Assembly: GCF_022539665.2 (NCBI RefSeq)
Contig: NC_081332.1
Coordinates: 6,200,001-6,264,000, forward strand
Length of the DNA stretch: 64,000 bases
Source: Daphnia carinata
Lineage: Eukaryota
Reading direction: 5' to 3'
Below, piece by piece: positions 25,610 through 39,712 of the stretch. The notes beneath the pieces were generated by a model. It saw only the letters and a list, made by a program, of their open reading frames with translations, had not been told where the DNA came from and ran no database searches. Position numbers and translations under genes: made by a program. The first letter of the stretch is position 1, and each line of letters opens with the position of its first letter.

Positions 25610-26341
25610 TCAGTCGACTACACGCCGCCGTAGAGTTCGTACAGGCCACGTGTTGCAACCAATTCATTTTAACTTCGAAGTTTTCGTTATCGGTTTCTAC
25701 ATTACATTTATTTTATTCTCTTCATCACAAATAGAAGCTCATTCGTGATTTATTGCTGACGATTTACAACACCGAGTGTGCATTCTGAGAATTTTTAATC
25801 GACATCGAGTCAACTCTGAAAGAAATTTGATCCGACATTTTTATCCAAGTGTCTCCTGCATCTCGTCTTGTCCGTAACAAGTTGAAAACCTTCAAATCCT
25901 TCGAGTGTTATTCGAGTCAGAACATTTGTCTGTACCTCGTTCAGTGGCCATTAGAGTCAGACAAGAAGACGAGAGACATTTTGCTTTTCATAATTACATA
26001 GTCAGCAACGAAAAGTGAGAGAAGAAAGAACCCCCTCCCCCTAAAAAAAAAAATTGCTTAGTGTCTTTTTTGCGTGTCTGTGTGCTTCGTGTCGGTTGTG
26101 TCTTTTGTGCCTACACCGCGTGGCGTATACATCAGCAGTGTTTCTCAGTCCGAGTGTGTTCTATATCCAGTGTTGTTCTATACGTTTCTTTCGTTACGTT
26201 TGTGATTGCCACAGTCAGTCAGGGTAGATATAATCACCCAAAAGAAGAAACAAACTCATCGCTGTTTTTTTTTTGTGTTTTTTGCTTGAGAAACAACTTT
26301 TCTTCCAAAACCCCCTCTGGACGATAAATAATTAGGTAAGT
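25610..26341 (+). promoter_or_regulatory. Candidate core promoter and non-coding first exon of the MOXD1-like gene
   Basis: Arthropod initiator TCAGTC at 25610-25615 in a CpG-rich patch, and a strong donor AG|GTAAGT at 26336-26341. The first coding exon has its own acceptor (ttacag|, exon from 39662) upstream of the ATG at 39713, which implies an upstream exon. Linking the two is inference. Confidence 0.4.
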
Positions 26342-29300
26342 CAGACTGAATTCTTTTCTTTTTTTTTCTTTTCTTCTAATGCTTTTTTCTGTACGAGTCT
26401 TTATCTCTCAGCTGGTTTTTTTGTTGTGGGCTTTTCCGTTTGCCCACTCATTTCATGTGAGTGTCGTTCGTTCACTTGTTGTTTTTGTGTTATTATTACC
26501 CCGTTTTTTTTTGTCTCGAACCAAATGGGTGGATCCACCACTTTTCTCTCTTTTGGATTTACTCGAGTTCCAAGTTCCATCGCCCGGTAATTGTTTGTTC
26601 ATTCATCACGAAAAGTTAGACAGTTGCTCTCTCCTCCGGCGTAATATGAACCTCACTTTTGCGTGTGTATCTCTTCTGTGTGTTTTCCTCCCATTTTTTC
26701 TTTCGTTCAACAATAAGCTTGGCCCATCTCGCCCGCTCACATGGTCAATGCTCGAACCATTTTTTTTTTTTCTTTTTACCTCTTTCTCGCTCTCTTTAGA
26801 GGCGGGGTGGTGTAGAACATCAGAGACAATGAGGGCAAAACCTCGTTCGTGATGATGATGATAATGATGATGATTTCAATCGGTTCCTGTACAGACTTGA
26901 AAAACACCGTGAGAAAAAAATGCATACAAACTTGAAGAATGTAACAAGTAAAACTAGCCAACTATGTAAGGTTATTTCATTGCAGTCAGTCACACAGTCT
27001 CTTTAACCCTCAAAGGGAAACAAAAAAAAAGCCCCCCTGCTTTTTGTCTTTCATACATTTGAGTCGGCTCGGGTTTCAACTGCGTTGCCTCCTCGTTATG
27101 AAGCCCTTTTTATTCTTTGGCCCCCACAAGACATATGCCAGACTGAGGGGCCTTAAAAATCACGACTTGCATGCAGTTGCATCAAACAGCTTTTTTTTTT
27201 CCCGTTGACTTGCTCTTCTCGTATGCACAAAGGCATTCGAGCAACAATAAAGCCGATAGATCTGTCAATTCCACGTTACTCGCGTCACATTCTGTGCATG
27301 CATACCTGCCAAATCTTAACGAGGTGTCAGCAACAACAACAAAAAAAAAACGTCGAGTAATCCCCTTACGTCGTCGCTGTCTGTTACATTTTTTTTTTCC
27401 TTAAAAAAAAAAACGGATTTCCGAATCTCGCACAGAGAGGAAGGAAAACGCATGCTAGGCATCAAATCCGGATTGAATCGTCAAACTGTTACCATTGATG
27501 GCCGCATTTTCTTTCTAAATAAAGCTTTTATTGTACAATAAGGTGGGAGGGTGGATAGCGTAATTTATGGCATCGTCATTGTGCAAGAGAGCCTTTAAAA
27601 AAAAAAATAAGCGAGGGGGACCGGGGCAAGGAAGATGACTTGAAGGATGGTAACACAAGATGCTGAATTTTTTTTTTGGTCGAGTGTCAGACCTCAATGT
27701 CAACTTTTGGGGTTTTCATTTTCAAACAGAAAAAAAAAAGAAAATGTCCGACCCCTCTTTCGTTAGACATTTTGCTACGTGCCTGAGTTACCACTCAGCC
27801 GGAAAAAAAGAATACCTTCTTTTCTATCCGCAATTGGGGGGTGTACATATTCTTTTCATTTTTACGAGGATACAATTTTTTTTTTTTTTAAAGGTACTAT
27901 AATACAATAAACTAGGGCGCGCGCGTTGGAACTTTGGGCATTTGATTTCTTCTTCCATTTTTTTTTTATATTGGGTGCTGTGTTGACGAGGCTGCAAGTC
28001 GAGCTCTAGTTCCAGCGGATATGCGTAGAATCGAGTGAAAGGATAGAGAAAAAAAAAAGAGAGACCATGGAATGATAGTCCGGTCATTCAAATGTAGCCG
28101 AGCGTAGAGAGCGGACAACGTGCGCGCCACGGGGTGTAGGTGGCGACCAAACTTTTTCGGTCAAAGAGAGGAGGTGGAGGGGAAAGAAGATCTTCGGGGC
28201 GGATTGTGTTTAGGGTTTTCTTTCTCCCTCCCCTCGATTTCAAGCTGGAATTATTTAGCGGTCCCAAAAACCTTCACCCCCTTTTCTTCTTTGAGCTGGG
28301 ACCATTCACTTTGTCACACAGACTGTTGTACTCTACTGCTGCACTATACTGTTACTTCTTTTACCTTTTTCATTCATTGCCCGGATTTTTGTTTTGTTTG
28401 ATGATGGCGCTAGATCCCCGTCCCTTTGCCCCCGGTCCACCATAACGACAATTCATTGTGTTGGCAAATGCAAGCGGAAGAAAATAAAAGAGGGCCCGTT
28501 TCTTCCCTTTTTTATTCAGTCGAAATGCGGGGTTTGTTGTGTCGTCCAGGTGTGTTGTTTGGGGTACGGTAATCTCACTCCTTCCAAAACAGTTCGCTTT
28601 TTTCCTTTTCTTTTTTTATCGACAATTGCCAGCGCGAGGAAGGTCTAATCGATCGGAAAAGAAGAAGAAGACGGAAAAATTTTTCAGCCGACACAAATTC
28701 CCATGTAACCTTGTTATTTCCGCAAACGTTTCACACGCGCTCTGCTAGATTTGAAGGATCCGCTAGGGACTGTAAGCGTCGATGATGGAAGAGACATTTT
28801 TCGTGTTGTTGAATACGACGTCTCGAAGGCTAAGATCCCGCAGAGGCCCTGTAGACATTGTGTGCGTTGAAAGTGGGGGGGGGGGGGATGATGGCCTCAA
28901 GTCTTATTCTAAAACGGACCGCCGCCGTCGTCGTCGTCATCGATGTAGATCCATCAAACAAAAAAAAAACGGGAATAAGGGAGAAAAAAAGGGAAGGAGA
29001 TCCATCATAACCGGAGGAAGCAGATTCGCTCCGCATCTCTTTTACGTATGTGGTTTGTGTTTGTAATGGTTTATATATATATATATATATATACCTGCCG
29101 GTCGGGATTTAGCCATCAAACGTGTCTTTTAAGCGTGAGAAAAAAAAAGGGAAAACCGTGTGATTATCATTTTTTTTTTTCTCGAAACTGCGTCTTAGAT
29201 ATTGGCAGAAGTTTCTTGTATTTTATTTTTTACCTCGGCCGAATCGTTTCGTATTTGGTCGGTCATAAATTCAGACGGCAGACACACGCGCGGCTATCGA

Positions 29301-31744
29301 GAGGAATGCGACGGGTTCCGTGTAGATAAATCACGCAACGGCTGGCGTCTCCAACGGGAAAGAACTGTGACAAATCAAAAGGGCCGTTTTTTTTTCAAGG
29401 TTGTTTTCATCTCCACTTGCCGCCGCCAACACCACCACCCACTTGTTGTTGTGTTATTCCACGAAGGCGAAATTTAAAAAAAATAACAAGCTCACAAAAT
29501 CTCTGTGTCTCTCTCTCTCTCGTCCAAAAAGCAACACATAAAAAAGAATGTTTTTAGAAGCCAAACAAATCAAGTGACAAAAAAAAAAAAATATTTACAA
29601 GCAGATGATCAATATCCATTTCGATGTAGAACTTGGTGTTAGTGGATTGCCAGCCATTTCAACTTTCTCATTGGCGCCGCCCATGTCTTTTGGTCGGACG
29701 GGCTAGAACATTGTAAATATTAGATTTTTTTTTCTTTTTTAGAACGTTGCATATTTTTTTTTAAAGTGGGTGTTGTGTCCTTATCACGTAATAACACGGT
29801 AGAGATAGCGAGCAAGTGGGAGTTTGATTTGCACCACCACTAAATAACTACGTGCTTCTACCAACAGAGCAGTTGAAATCTTTTTATTTGAGTAGATGTT
29901 GAGCTACGGCCTGTAATGATTTACGCGCGGTCACGATGGGGGCTGGAGAAAGAGAGAGAAAAAAAAATATTTCACGAATGTTCATTATAATAATAGTTCC
30001 TCATTTGATTTTTTTTTTCTATTGGTTGCTCGAAAATCAGATGGCGGAGAGAGAGAGAGAGAATCCCAACGTCTAATATATTTAAATTGCTCGTCGCACT
30101 TTAATCATGGGGGCGCACGTGTGTGTTTGAAACCGATGTTCAAGAAACGTGGCCAGGGGGACGTGAATAGAAGCCCTGGTCAGAATGAGGAAGCCATCAC
30201 ATCATGACTTTGCTTTTATTCTTTACGCTGCCATCTCCGTAGCCAACAAGGGGGTTCACGCCGCCGTCATGACTCGGCCTCTTTTCTCTTTTCTTATTCT
30301 TCGTCTTTAAACCCAAGATGTTTCCAAACATTTTTTTTTTTAAACTTCTTTTTATCATTTTTTTTTTGTATCTGATTTAAAAGACTTACGAAAAAGGCAA
30401 GAGAAAAAAAAACTAGTTATGAACTCGTTCGTGTCAAACGGCCATTTTTTCCTTTTAGCTATTGTAGTAGGTGTCGTGTGTGAACCAAAATAGCGGGGCC
30501 CTTTTTTTTTCAGCCAAGCGGAAGGAGAGAGCGAGAGAGAGAGAAAACCCAAATGATAATGATAGCGTGATTCGAATAGACACAATCTTACTGAGGTCTC
30601 TTTCGTGACGGTCCCCCCAGTGCAATCGTGTGCCCGTTCTTGCCTAACTCTTGACACTGTCAAGACAAATTGAGTCCGATTGCAGCAAGGGGCCGTCTAT
30701 TTTAGAAATTGTGACGCACGATTGGCTTCAACACGCCGTCAGATCGATGATTATCTACCGTGATATGACAAGATGGGGTGGAGGTTACTCTCAGTCCCCG
30801 TGCTTAGGACTTGTCATTTCCCACCAGCTATGGTGTCAGTCCCATAATAAAATTAAACGAAAAATAAAGCAAACAGAAGAATCAAGTTGATAATCGGCCC
30901 TAGAAATTAACAAACGAAAATTGTTTTGCTTTTTATTTCTATCGTAACTGGTTTATCTCGAGGAATTGCATTACGCTTGTTTTTCTTATTCCCCTTTCTT
31001 TTCTTTTTTTTTTTTGGAACCAAAGTGGAATCATTCACACAAATTATTCAACGGGCATTTCTTTCAAGTGATGGAGGGGGGAAAAAAGGGCGTCTCACTA
31101 AATCAGTTTGATCGAGATTGCGTGCGTGGTACAACGTCGGGCGCGCGAGCTGCAAACTAAACAAAAATGTACATAATATAGTTGATAACATGTCTCCGTT
31201 GAAACGGTGCAAGATATCGATCGAGCTATTTCGTGGGTGTACGTGAAGTCGCAGGTGAGAAATGACGTACGCGAACGTCTTTTCTGACTCGAGTTTAAAA
31301 TAACTCTTCCGCAGTAGGACGCGAAAAGTAAATGACGTGCGTTACAACGTGAATTCGCTGAAGCATCGAATAGAAGTCTCGACCAACTCGTGTTGTTTTG
31401 TGTAACCCAAAATGTAAAAGCTGTGTGAAGAAATGAGGATTGCTTGCGTACATACAGCTGTTGTGTTATTATAGGAACACGAGAGAGACAGAGAGGGAGT
31501 GGAACACGTGGAGGACGCTGATCCGTAGAACTGGCCAAATCTAATTTGATATCGTCTGTTCCACTGATTCGATTGCTCCCGTTGGAGTGGGGCCACTGTT
31601 CTCTTAGGGGGAAAAGGTTGGTCGATTTCGGTACTAATCGTGTTACACGAGACAGACAAGAGTGCGCTGCATCAGGTAGCTCGTAAGATGAGCGAGAGGC
31701 AAGAGATTGGAAGCTGCTACCGACTATTTTAAATAAATACCTAG

Positions 31745-31771
<27 letters not shown>
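31745..31771. repeat. (GCT)9 trinucleotide repeat
   Basis: Read directly; similar CTG/GCA tracts at ~35359-35384 and ~53421-53443. All non-coding. Confidence 0.9.
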
Positions 31772-31775
<4 letters not shown>

Positions 31776-34700
31776 ATGGAATTTTCCCCCTTTTTTTTTT
31801 TTTTCTTAAAAGGAAAGGCAGGAACAAAAGAGGCAACTCAAACGACCGTGGGGTGAAAGCCTACGCAGCCCCTAGAGGCAATTCTCTTTCACGCCGAGCT
31901 GCTTACGGCCGGTGCACGTAGACAGCATTTAACCTAACTTCATAGTCCGCCTCCTCCTCCCCTCTACCCTCTTTTTTTTTTTTTTTTTTTTTTTTTTACC
32001 CAAATAACTTCTCCGTTCACCACAACCCCCCGGTAGTGTATTATTTTTTTTTCTTTTTTCGTTGGGGTTCACCTCGGGGCACGTTTTGTGTGTACACGAA
32101 GCACACCTTTCTTGCGGGGGCACAGCGAGGTGCCAAAAAGAGATGGCCATCGCCAATAGCTCGGCCCACCCACAACCAATTCTTCCCCCCCCCTCCTCTC
32201 TTCTTGAAGTAAAGTTCCATCTTCTCGGTCTTCTTGAGGCTGCAGAAGCATGCACTCACCGTAAATGCCTCGTACAATTTTAGGGCAAGTCTCCAACTCG
32301 TTTTGTTTAAACAAGGAACTTGAGGCAAAGTCAGGAATTTCAACGTTTGTTTTTGACATGTTCTCCACAAAGCAGCACCTTGACTCCGCGTTTACGTGTG
32401 TGTGCGCGCTTTGTACTGAGGGGGTGGGGGGGGGGGGAGACAGTTTGAGAACGCCAACGAGTTTGACAGGTCAAAAGACAAACACGAGAAACATGGCACC
32501 AACGGGCGTGCAGCCTACGTACGTGTGTTTGATAATAGAGTAGGCCCTCGGCCGAAAACTGGCCGTGTCCCTTCTTTTTTGTTTGAACAGCAACACCTTT
32601 CATACATCGTCGAGAGACAGAAAATGTGTAACTCAGTTTAGGAGAAACTCTGAACATTCAGTGGCTTTGTTTTCATTCTCTCAATAACACTTGAAAACAC
32701 TCGGGACGGAAAGCGACAGCTAAACTTTTTGGCGACAGGCCGTGGCTTCTGGAATCCTCTTTTCCGCCCTTTTTTTTTCGCGACTTGTCTGTGGCTTTAA
32801 CGGTAACGAACGTCAATAATTACCGATCCAATCAACGTCAACGATTTCTCGAGATCGATGGTCCCCCCCCCCCCCCCATCTCTCCTTTCTGTCTCTCCAC
32901 TTGGCGCGTATACCTCTCTCAAGGCGCCTGTTATACGATCCGCCAACTTACATGCGACAGGGGCGTTGTTAATAGCTGCGGATAGCGGACAAAGGCGTGG
33001 CACGTATTCTTACTTCAAAACGGTTCTCTCCGTATCACTTTTTTTTTCCGTACTAACAATAAGAGGAAAGCTTTGAAATCCTAACTATTAATGGCAGCCG
33101 AAAGAATCTAATCGATCGTTGACCGCTTGGCCTTCTTTACCGTCTTGTAGGCATTTCTTTAATTTTATTGATTGCTCTGTTTAAAAAAAAAAAAAAAATA
33201 TAAATAAAAATAAAGAGTGTTTCTGCTGGATCGAAAGAAAGGCTGCAGTGGTGAAAAGAATTAAGCCAACGCAGTACTTTTTGGATTCCCAATGGCTATT
33301 GGGACGTTACAATCGAAACTGATTCATCCGTAAAAATAAAAAAGGGGACGCAAAAGACGGCACAATGTCCCCGTCTTTTTTTTTTTTTTTTTTTTTTTTT
33401 TTTCGTATTGATTTTCGATCCGTTGATTTTCTTCGACAGTCTCCGCGTTTGCCGACAAGTTTTTCGTTACATACACACCAAACGCAGATTAGGATTTTAG
33501 ATAGGCGTTGGTCCCAGGTATATATATATATATACGTTGAGAAATCCTCGCACCTGCCTCAACATCACGTCAGTTTGACCTAAAAAAAAAGGTACATAAA
33601 AAGAGGCGACGTCCTTGCTTCTTTTCGACACGCCTTTGGAGTTTGTTTTATTATCTTTTGATTCTGTTAGTGTTAGTGTTGTCGAAAGAAAGTTATATAG
33701 TCGCGTGTTGGAATGATTTTTGGGAAAAGGAAAGAAATCCGTCTGCATAACGAGGTTCTTATATGACATCTTGATCTTAACTTGTACACATATCGGAGGG
33801 TGTCTAGAAAGAGAGAGAGAGAGAGAGAAAAAAAAAAGGCTGACCTCTTGCAGTCGCAGCGATTCACCTGACAGTTTGACGATCTTGTGTTTACGTTAGA
33901 GAATATAGATGGAGGAGCCGGAGAAACAAGAGATAGGACCACCCTCTACGTGTCTAGCTCTTTTTGTTCAGATCACACTGATCTCTCTAGACATTCCTCA
34001 ACAGAGGCAACACACTAGCACAAAACAAAAGAGACATTGAAACCAGCACGCCATCAAACATCATGAAATTTTCCTTTTTTTTTTTTTTTGTTTTTTAAAG
34101 GGAAAACGTCAAATTTTCTCTTTTGAAATAGAGGCCCCAAGATTTGAATAGACCGCGCCGTGATGCATGAGCTCTGGTGGTAGCGTGCTACCATCCGAGT
34201 CGTGTTCAAGTCTCTTTTTTTTTTGTTTCGTTAAAAGCCCCCCCCCCCCCCCCCAAAAAAAAAAAAAAAAAAAAAACTTCAGTATTTGATATTTTCATAT
34301 TTGTTTTCTTGTGTATGGCGAGGTATTGTACTCCTCTTTTCATGTATGTGCAAGACGTATCGAGTGTCAAATGTCGTCCATTGTTCACGTCACGCAATGC
34401 CAACTTCCCCTCTAGATCTCTTTTTTTTTTTTTTTAATTCTTACTCTTATTCCTGTTGTATATATTTTTTTAAAAATCAACCGAATCTTGCATCACTCAA
34501 CGGGTTCAATCTTAAGGAGAAGATCCTCTTTTATTTGTTTTATTTGCTGGAACAGATTTTTTTTTATTTTGGGGTTGATGAGGACGTTTTAAGCACACCT
34601 CAACCAAATGCTAATTTTCAATCAATGCACAGACTTCTCGACTTGTCTCATTAAAAGAATTGAAAGCGCACGCACAACGATATAAAAAAAAAAAAATTAA

Positions 34701-37700
34701 TACCAACGCTGGATGTAAGGTATTTTATTTATTTTTTTTTTCGAGAATCTCTGTTCCGCTTGCGCAGACACAATTAACGACGGTGTGACTTGCTTTCGAA
34801 TTTATTTTTTTTGGACGTAGCTCTTCACTCGTGCCCCTCTTTAGCCTTATGCCTTATTCATGTGAGAGACATTGACATTTGCATGAAATAACAATGAATG
34901 AATCTCATTTTCTGGCCAAAACGAAAGCTACTTGTCTAGCGGCTTCACGGATATTTTACACCTGGATAATATCAGAGTGAAAGAAAGAAAAGAAAACAAG
35001 TGTGTTGAAGGTCTTCATTCGTTGTCCAGGTGATTCTTTCTCTTGAAAAAAAAGAAAAAAAAAAGGGAGGATGTCTATATGGTCTAATCAACTTTTCTTG
35101 TTGTGTACACGTCTGCTGGCCCTGTATATCAAGTCTGGCGGCATTGATCCGACACAGAGGCAGACAGTAGTGACTTTTTTTTCTGGTAGGTCTACAAAAT
35201 AAAAAGAGTCGGTCGAGAAAAGGGCAGGAAAACGTCATTAAAAACGATGAAAAAAAAAAAAAAAAGGGACCGTAGAGGGCCGGCTGCAAAAATATTGAAC
35301 TTGAGAGAATGTCCGGCACTTTACCCCCGGAGCGGATGAAGTAGCTGAGACTAGCCCAGCTGCTGCTGCTGCTGCTGCTGCTGCAAGTTTTCTATCTTTT
35401 TTTTTCTTGTGTGTCCTTTTTCTCTCAGCATGGGGCGGGGGTCCCCACCTTTCATTTTCAACTACAACAACAGAGGCCCCCGGTAAGAAATGGCAATGTA
35501 ACATGAAGAGCACAGGACTAGGAGGAAAAGAAACTTTTGCCACTAGAACCGATGCCAACCATCGCTTAATCAATAGCGGCCACTGACAAGTGTGGGCCGG
35601 AAAATTCTTCTTTATTTCTTTATTCTCTTGTGACAAAAGAAAAGGGACTAGAAAGAAGAAAATACAATTGAAAAGAAGTCTCCCTTTCTTCCTTATGAAA
35701 AATATATATACAAAAAAAAAAGGCCATTCATTGAAGATGACACCTCCATCGAAAAGCAGTGGGGATATATAGAAAGAAAAAAAAAACGTCAGATTGGCCC
35801 CGATTTTCAGAGGGGGGTTAGTTGAATGTTGATATTGAGAGACCTCAAGACTGCGGCGTAAAAAAAAATATATATATAATGTTTAGATGGTAAAAGAGAT
35901 CAAATGTCTTAGCCCGGAAGTGGTCGATAATGTCAACACGTATTGTCCAATCTCTTTCGCGTTTTTCAACATCGAGTATCTCAACACTACTGGATTAATC
36001 TCTTGGAACATCACACACACACACACACACACACTGAGGAAAGACTTGATTTACGTCTTTCTTTTTCAACCCGAAGCAGCTATTATTTTTGCCAGAGACA
36101 TAGTTATACGCTTATAAACATAACAATGTCTCGTCACACGAAGGAACATCTCCGTTGACGGACTTTGGTCGAATACAATTTCACGACCGTCGACATAAAA
36201 AGACACGGTCATCATTCACTCGGCCCTTTTTTTTTTTTTTTTTTTTTTTACAGCTGCCGGACTTTTTTTTTTTATCGTCTCGTCGACTAATCGTCACATC
36301 GCACACACCACCCCCTAATCAACGTTTAGTAGCCAACATTTTGACGGGATTTCTTCCTCCCCCTTCTTCACGTCATGGAACGTCTATAAAATAAGTGGCT
36401 TTTCCATTAAAAAAAAAAAAGAAGAAGAAAAACGGGACGTATGGGAAAACAGATTGCCATCGTCGTTGTGGTCTTTTTCATTCGAACTTTATGCGTTTGG
36501 GTCAAGCGTTAACTGCTGGCCCATGTCTGCATTAGCGCAAACTTTCAAAAAAGAGACTTTTATCCGTTTGTTGTTGATGACTTCCCAGCTCTAAATCCCC
36601 CCGTTCTCGTTGAGGCATCTCTGTATCTAATAATCTTTATTGATAGTCGTGACGAGGGTGAGAACAACTTGGTGGTTCGTATTCATTCCCGTCTAAAAAC
36701 CTACCACACCAGACGATAGTAAATAGATTTTTTTTTTTTTTTACACACATCGTGAAGGAGTGGCGAGCAAGGAGGGGGGGGGGACTGTTGGTTACAAAGC
36801 TTCAGATGATTATGTGTGCAAGTGATGATGAGTCTTTTGCCTCCGGTGGCCTTGGCTTCCAGCAGTCCCAACACACACACACACATTAGATTCCCGAAAG
36901 AGCCCACCCACACACACGTATGTAGCGACTCTTATGAGATGAAGGCGCCCATGACTTGTTGGTACCCGTACATTTCTCTTTTTGTGCATGGTAATATAAT
37001 ATTGACGCTTTACTCCTCTTCTTTTTCTCTTCGATGTCGCCCTCTTATTTCCCTTTTGCTACCCCATTATTATTGTCTTTCGTCGCCCCCCCCCTTCTTC
37101 TTCTCTCTCTGTCTGTGTTGACTCTGACAACCGAAGAGAAAAATAGGAGGGTTTCTATGACGCACCCGACCAACCCCCCCCCCCTTTTCTTCACCCGATG
37201 TTGCGGTGAGTGTGGTTTTCCTGTCACGGATCCTCTCTCTCTCTCATCCATTTATTTTTTATTATTTTTTTTAAACAAAAATAATGTTTATGCTAGAAAA
37301 AAAAGAAAAGAGAGACTGTGTTTGTCGTAGACGACTAGGTCGACTTCCCTTTTTCCATATCCATTACCAACAACCGGCCAGATTTTTGTTGTTGTTGTTT
37401 TTTTTTGGGGGGGGGGGGGGGGGGTTCTTTGAATAATGAAAAAAAAAGAGGAAAAGTTAGGAAAGAACTAACAAAATTTAAATGAAAGCAACCTTACAAT
37501 ATCCGATGCGCATATCGATATCCGAAAAGCTGAACAAAAATTTCAAGACGAAACGATTGAAACGGGACTGTTTTTTCCCCCTTGTTTTTTTTTCTTCTGA
37601 AATCTCCATCTCATTTTCGGATGGTTTTGTTTGTTTCCGCCTTCAGTTTCCGATTGAAATGCTGAACCAACAAAGATGTTTGCACGAAAGAAAACTGAAA

Positions 37701-38181
37701 GCTTTCTCACTAAAAAAAAAAAACAAAAAAAAAACTCTCCCATATATTTGTTATAGCTGCGAGATCTTGTGCAGCATGTCGTGTCTGTTGGTTTTTCATT
37801 AGTTTGATTTGCATAGATCTCTCTATGAAGTTTTGGCGATGCTGAAGGGCGTGGTTTGTTTCCCTCTGTGTCTGACTTTGGGTGGGGGGGGGGGGGAACT
37901 GTTTGTATAAAAACCAGAGTTTGTAGTTGAGCAGGAGCGATGAATAAGTTTTCTCTTATGAATCCAGAATGTACTAGTTGTCGTAAGTTGCACTAGTTTC
38001 AAACAGAGACAATAGCCGGAGTTACCGCACCGCTGCCGCTTGTAAGACAAACGCTTTTCTTGAACCATGTTGGATCATTTCATACACAATGTTTATTCTA
38101 ATTTATTTGTTTTAGCCGTTCGGATGGGAATTGTTCTCCTTCCTTCCCTATCCGAAAGCGAAGTAGATGTGTTTGCATCGT

Positions 38182-38182
<1 letters not shown>

Positions 38183-38220
<38 letters not shown>
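38183..38220. repeat. (CA)19 microsatellite
   Basis: Read directly. Confidence 0.92.
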
Positions 38221-38224
<4 letters not shown>

Positions 38225-38860
38225 GCACTCTAAGAAATCACTTTGCTTTTCTTCGTCCCTCCAGATTTTTTTTCTTCCTTGGCGTAGTGTAAATCCAAAG
38301 TCTTTTAGTCTGATTGACATCGAACACTTTACAGACCAACTCTTACCATTCATTTTTCTTTTTTTTTTTTTTTTTCCTTTCCAATTTTTGATATGCAGCT
38401 ATTGTGATCAATGATGGCGGCTGTATCTCTTTTTCTTTTTTTTTTTTTTAACTGTCTCTCTTGTAATATTTTCACCCCCGCTTTCGTTCCATCCATCCAT
38501 AAAAATGTATGGATATGCGGAGAGGTGAAGGGGAAACGTATAAATAGGGCCACTATAAACGGTGAGCAAGATACCGTGAATAAACCGAAACCAGAATCTG
38601 ACATTCAATTCAGGGTGTTGGTTACGTTTCTATGTTGTTGCAGCTCTATAATCAAATCGCGCACAGCTCCCCCCCCCCCCCCCCTTTCCAAAAACAAAAC
38701 TATTATTCGAAGCCTACACATGTATATCTAGAAGAAAAGAGAAAGCCACACAACTGAGTCGAAATTGTTTAAAAAAAAAAAAAAGTAATCGGATCCCGGG
38801 CGCGGTCACGCCGTCACGCCGCTTTCCTCCAACCGAAAATAATCATAAAAAGTTAAATAA

Positions 38861-38893
<33 letters not shown>

Positions 38894-39712
38894 CACTCGG
38901 ATTTGTGTGTGTGTGTGTACAAACAATGTATATGATGGTTGTACGTTGAATGGAGGGGGGGGGGGGGAGATTTACACATACACACAAACAGTGGGGATAT
39001 AGCGTATAGAGAGAGAAGCGTTCTGTGTTTGGGTCAAGTTATTGTTTGATTTAATAATATGCTGATGAGATGATTATTATATGGCACTGTGGGGTCGTAA
39101 ATGTCTGGGCGCGACGGCGATATAGCTCTGCTGCGTTCGGCTACTGCCTTCTGACCCATGTCGTTCGGTTATTTTTTGTTTTTGTTTTTTTCCCAATCAT
39201 CGCTTCCTCTTTTTTTTTTGTTTTTTTCTACTAACTTTGGCATGACTCACAACATGAAAATCTCATCGTAGCGTTTCAAATGGGATTTCGAAAATGCGCT
39301 GCCATAACAACAACAAATAAACAACATGAAATAACCAGAAACCAACCCAATCGGTGGGGATGGGGGGGAAGGGAAGTAGGGTGGCGATAGTTGATGGAGA
39401 AATAATACTATTTAACGATCTTCCTTTTGGTTTTGGCATTCGAAAAGGTCGCTTTTGAAATAGTTTGAATCGCTATTGATAAAAACAACACAAAAGCGCC
39501 ATGCACTTATGTATTCATTTTCCGAGTATCCAGTTTCCTTGTCGTTTATCCTCAAAAAAAAAAAAATAAAACACAAATCAATTCGAAATCTTATTCAAAC
39601 TATAATTCCGATGGATGTGTTTCACAATTGAATAATTTCTTATTTATTTTCTTATTTACAGATTCTGCAAGATTTTTGATTTGATATTCAATTTATTTAT
39701 TGAAACGGAAGA

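Noticed and set aside
17000..39600. Dozens of 60-160 aa ORFs rich in F, K, ER or CV runs
   Set aside because: They are translations of poly-T/A and GA/CA microsatellites, with no domain motifs and no coherent exon chains.
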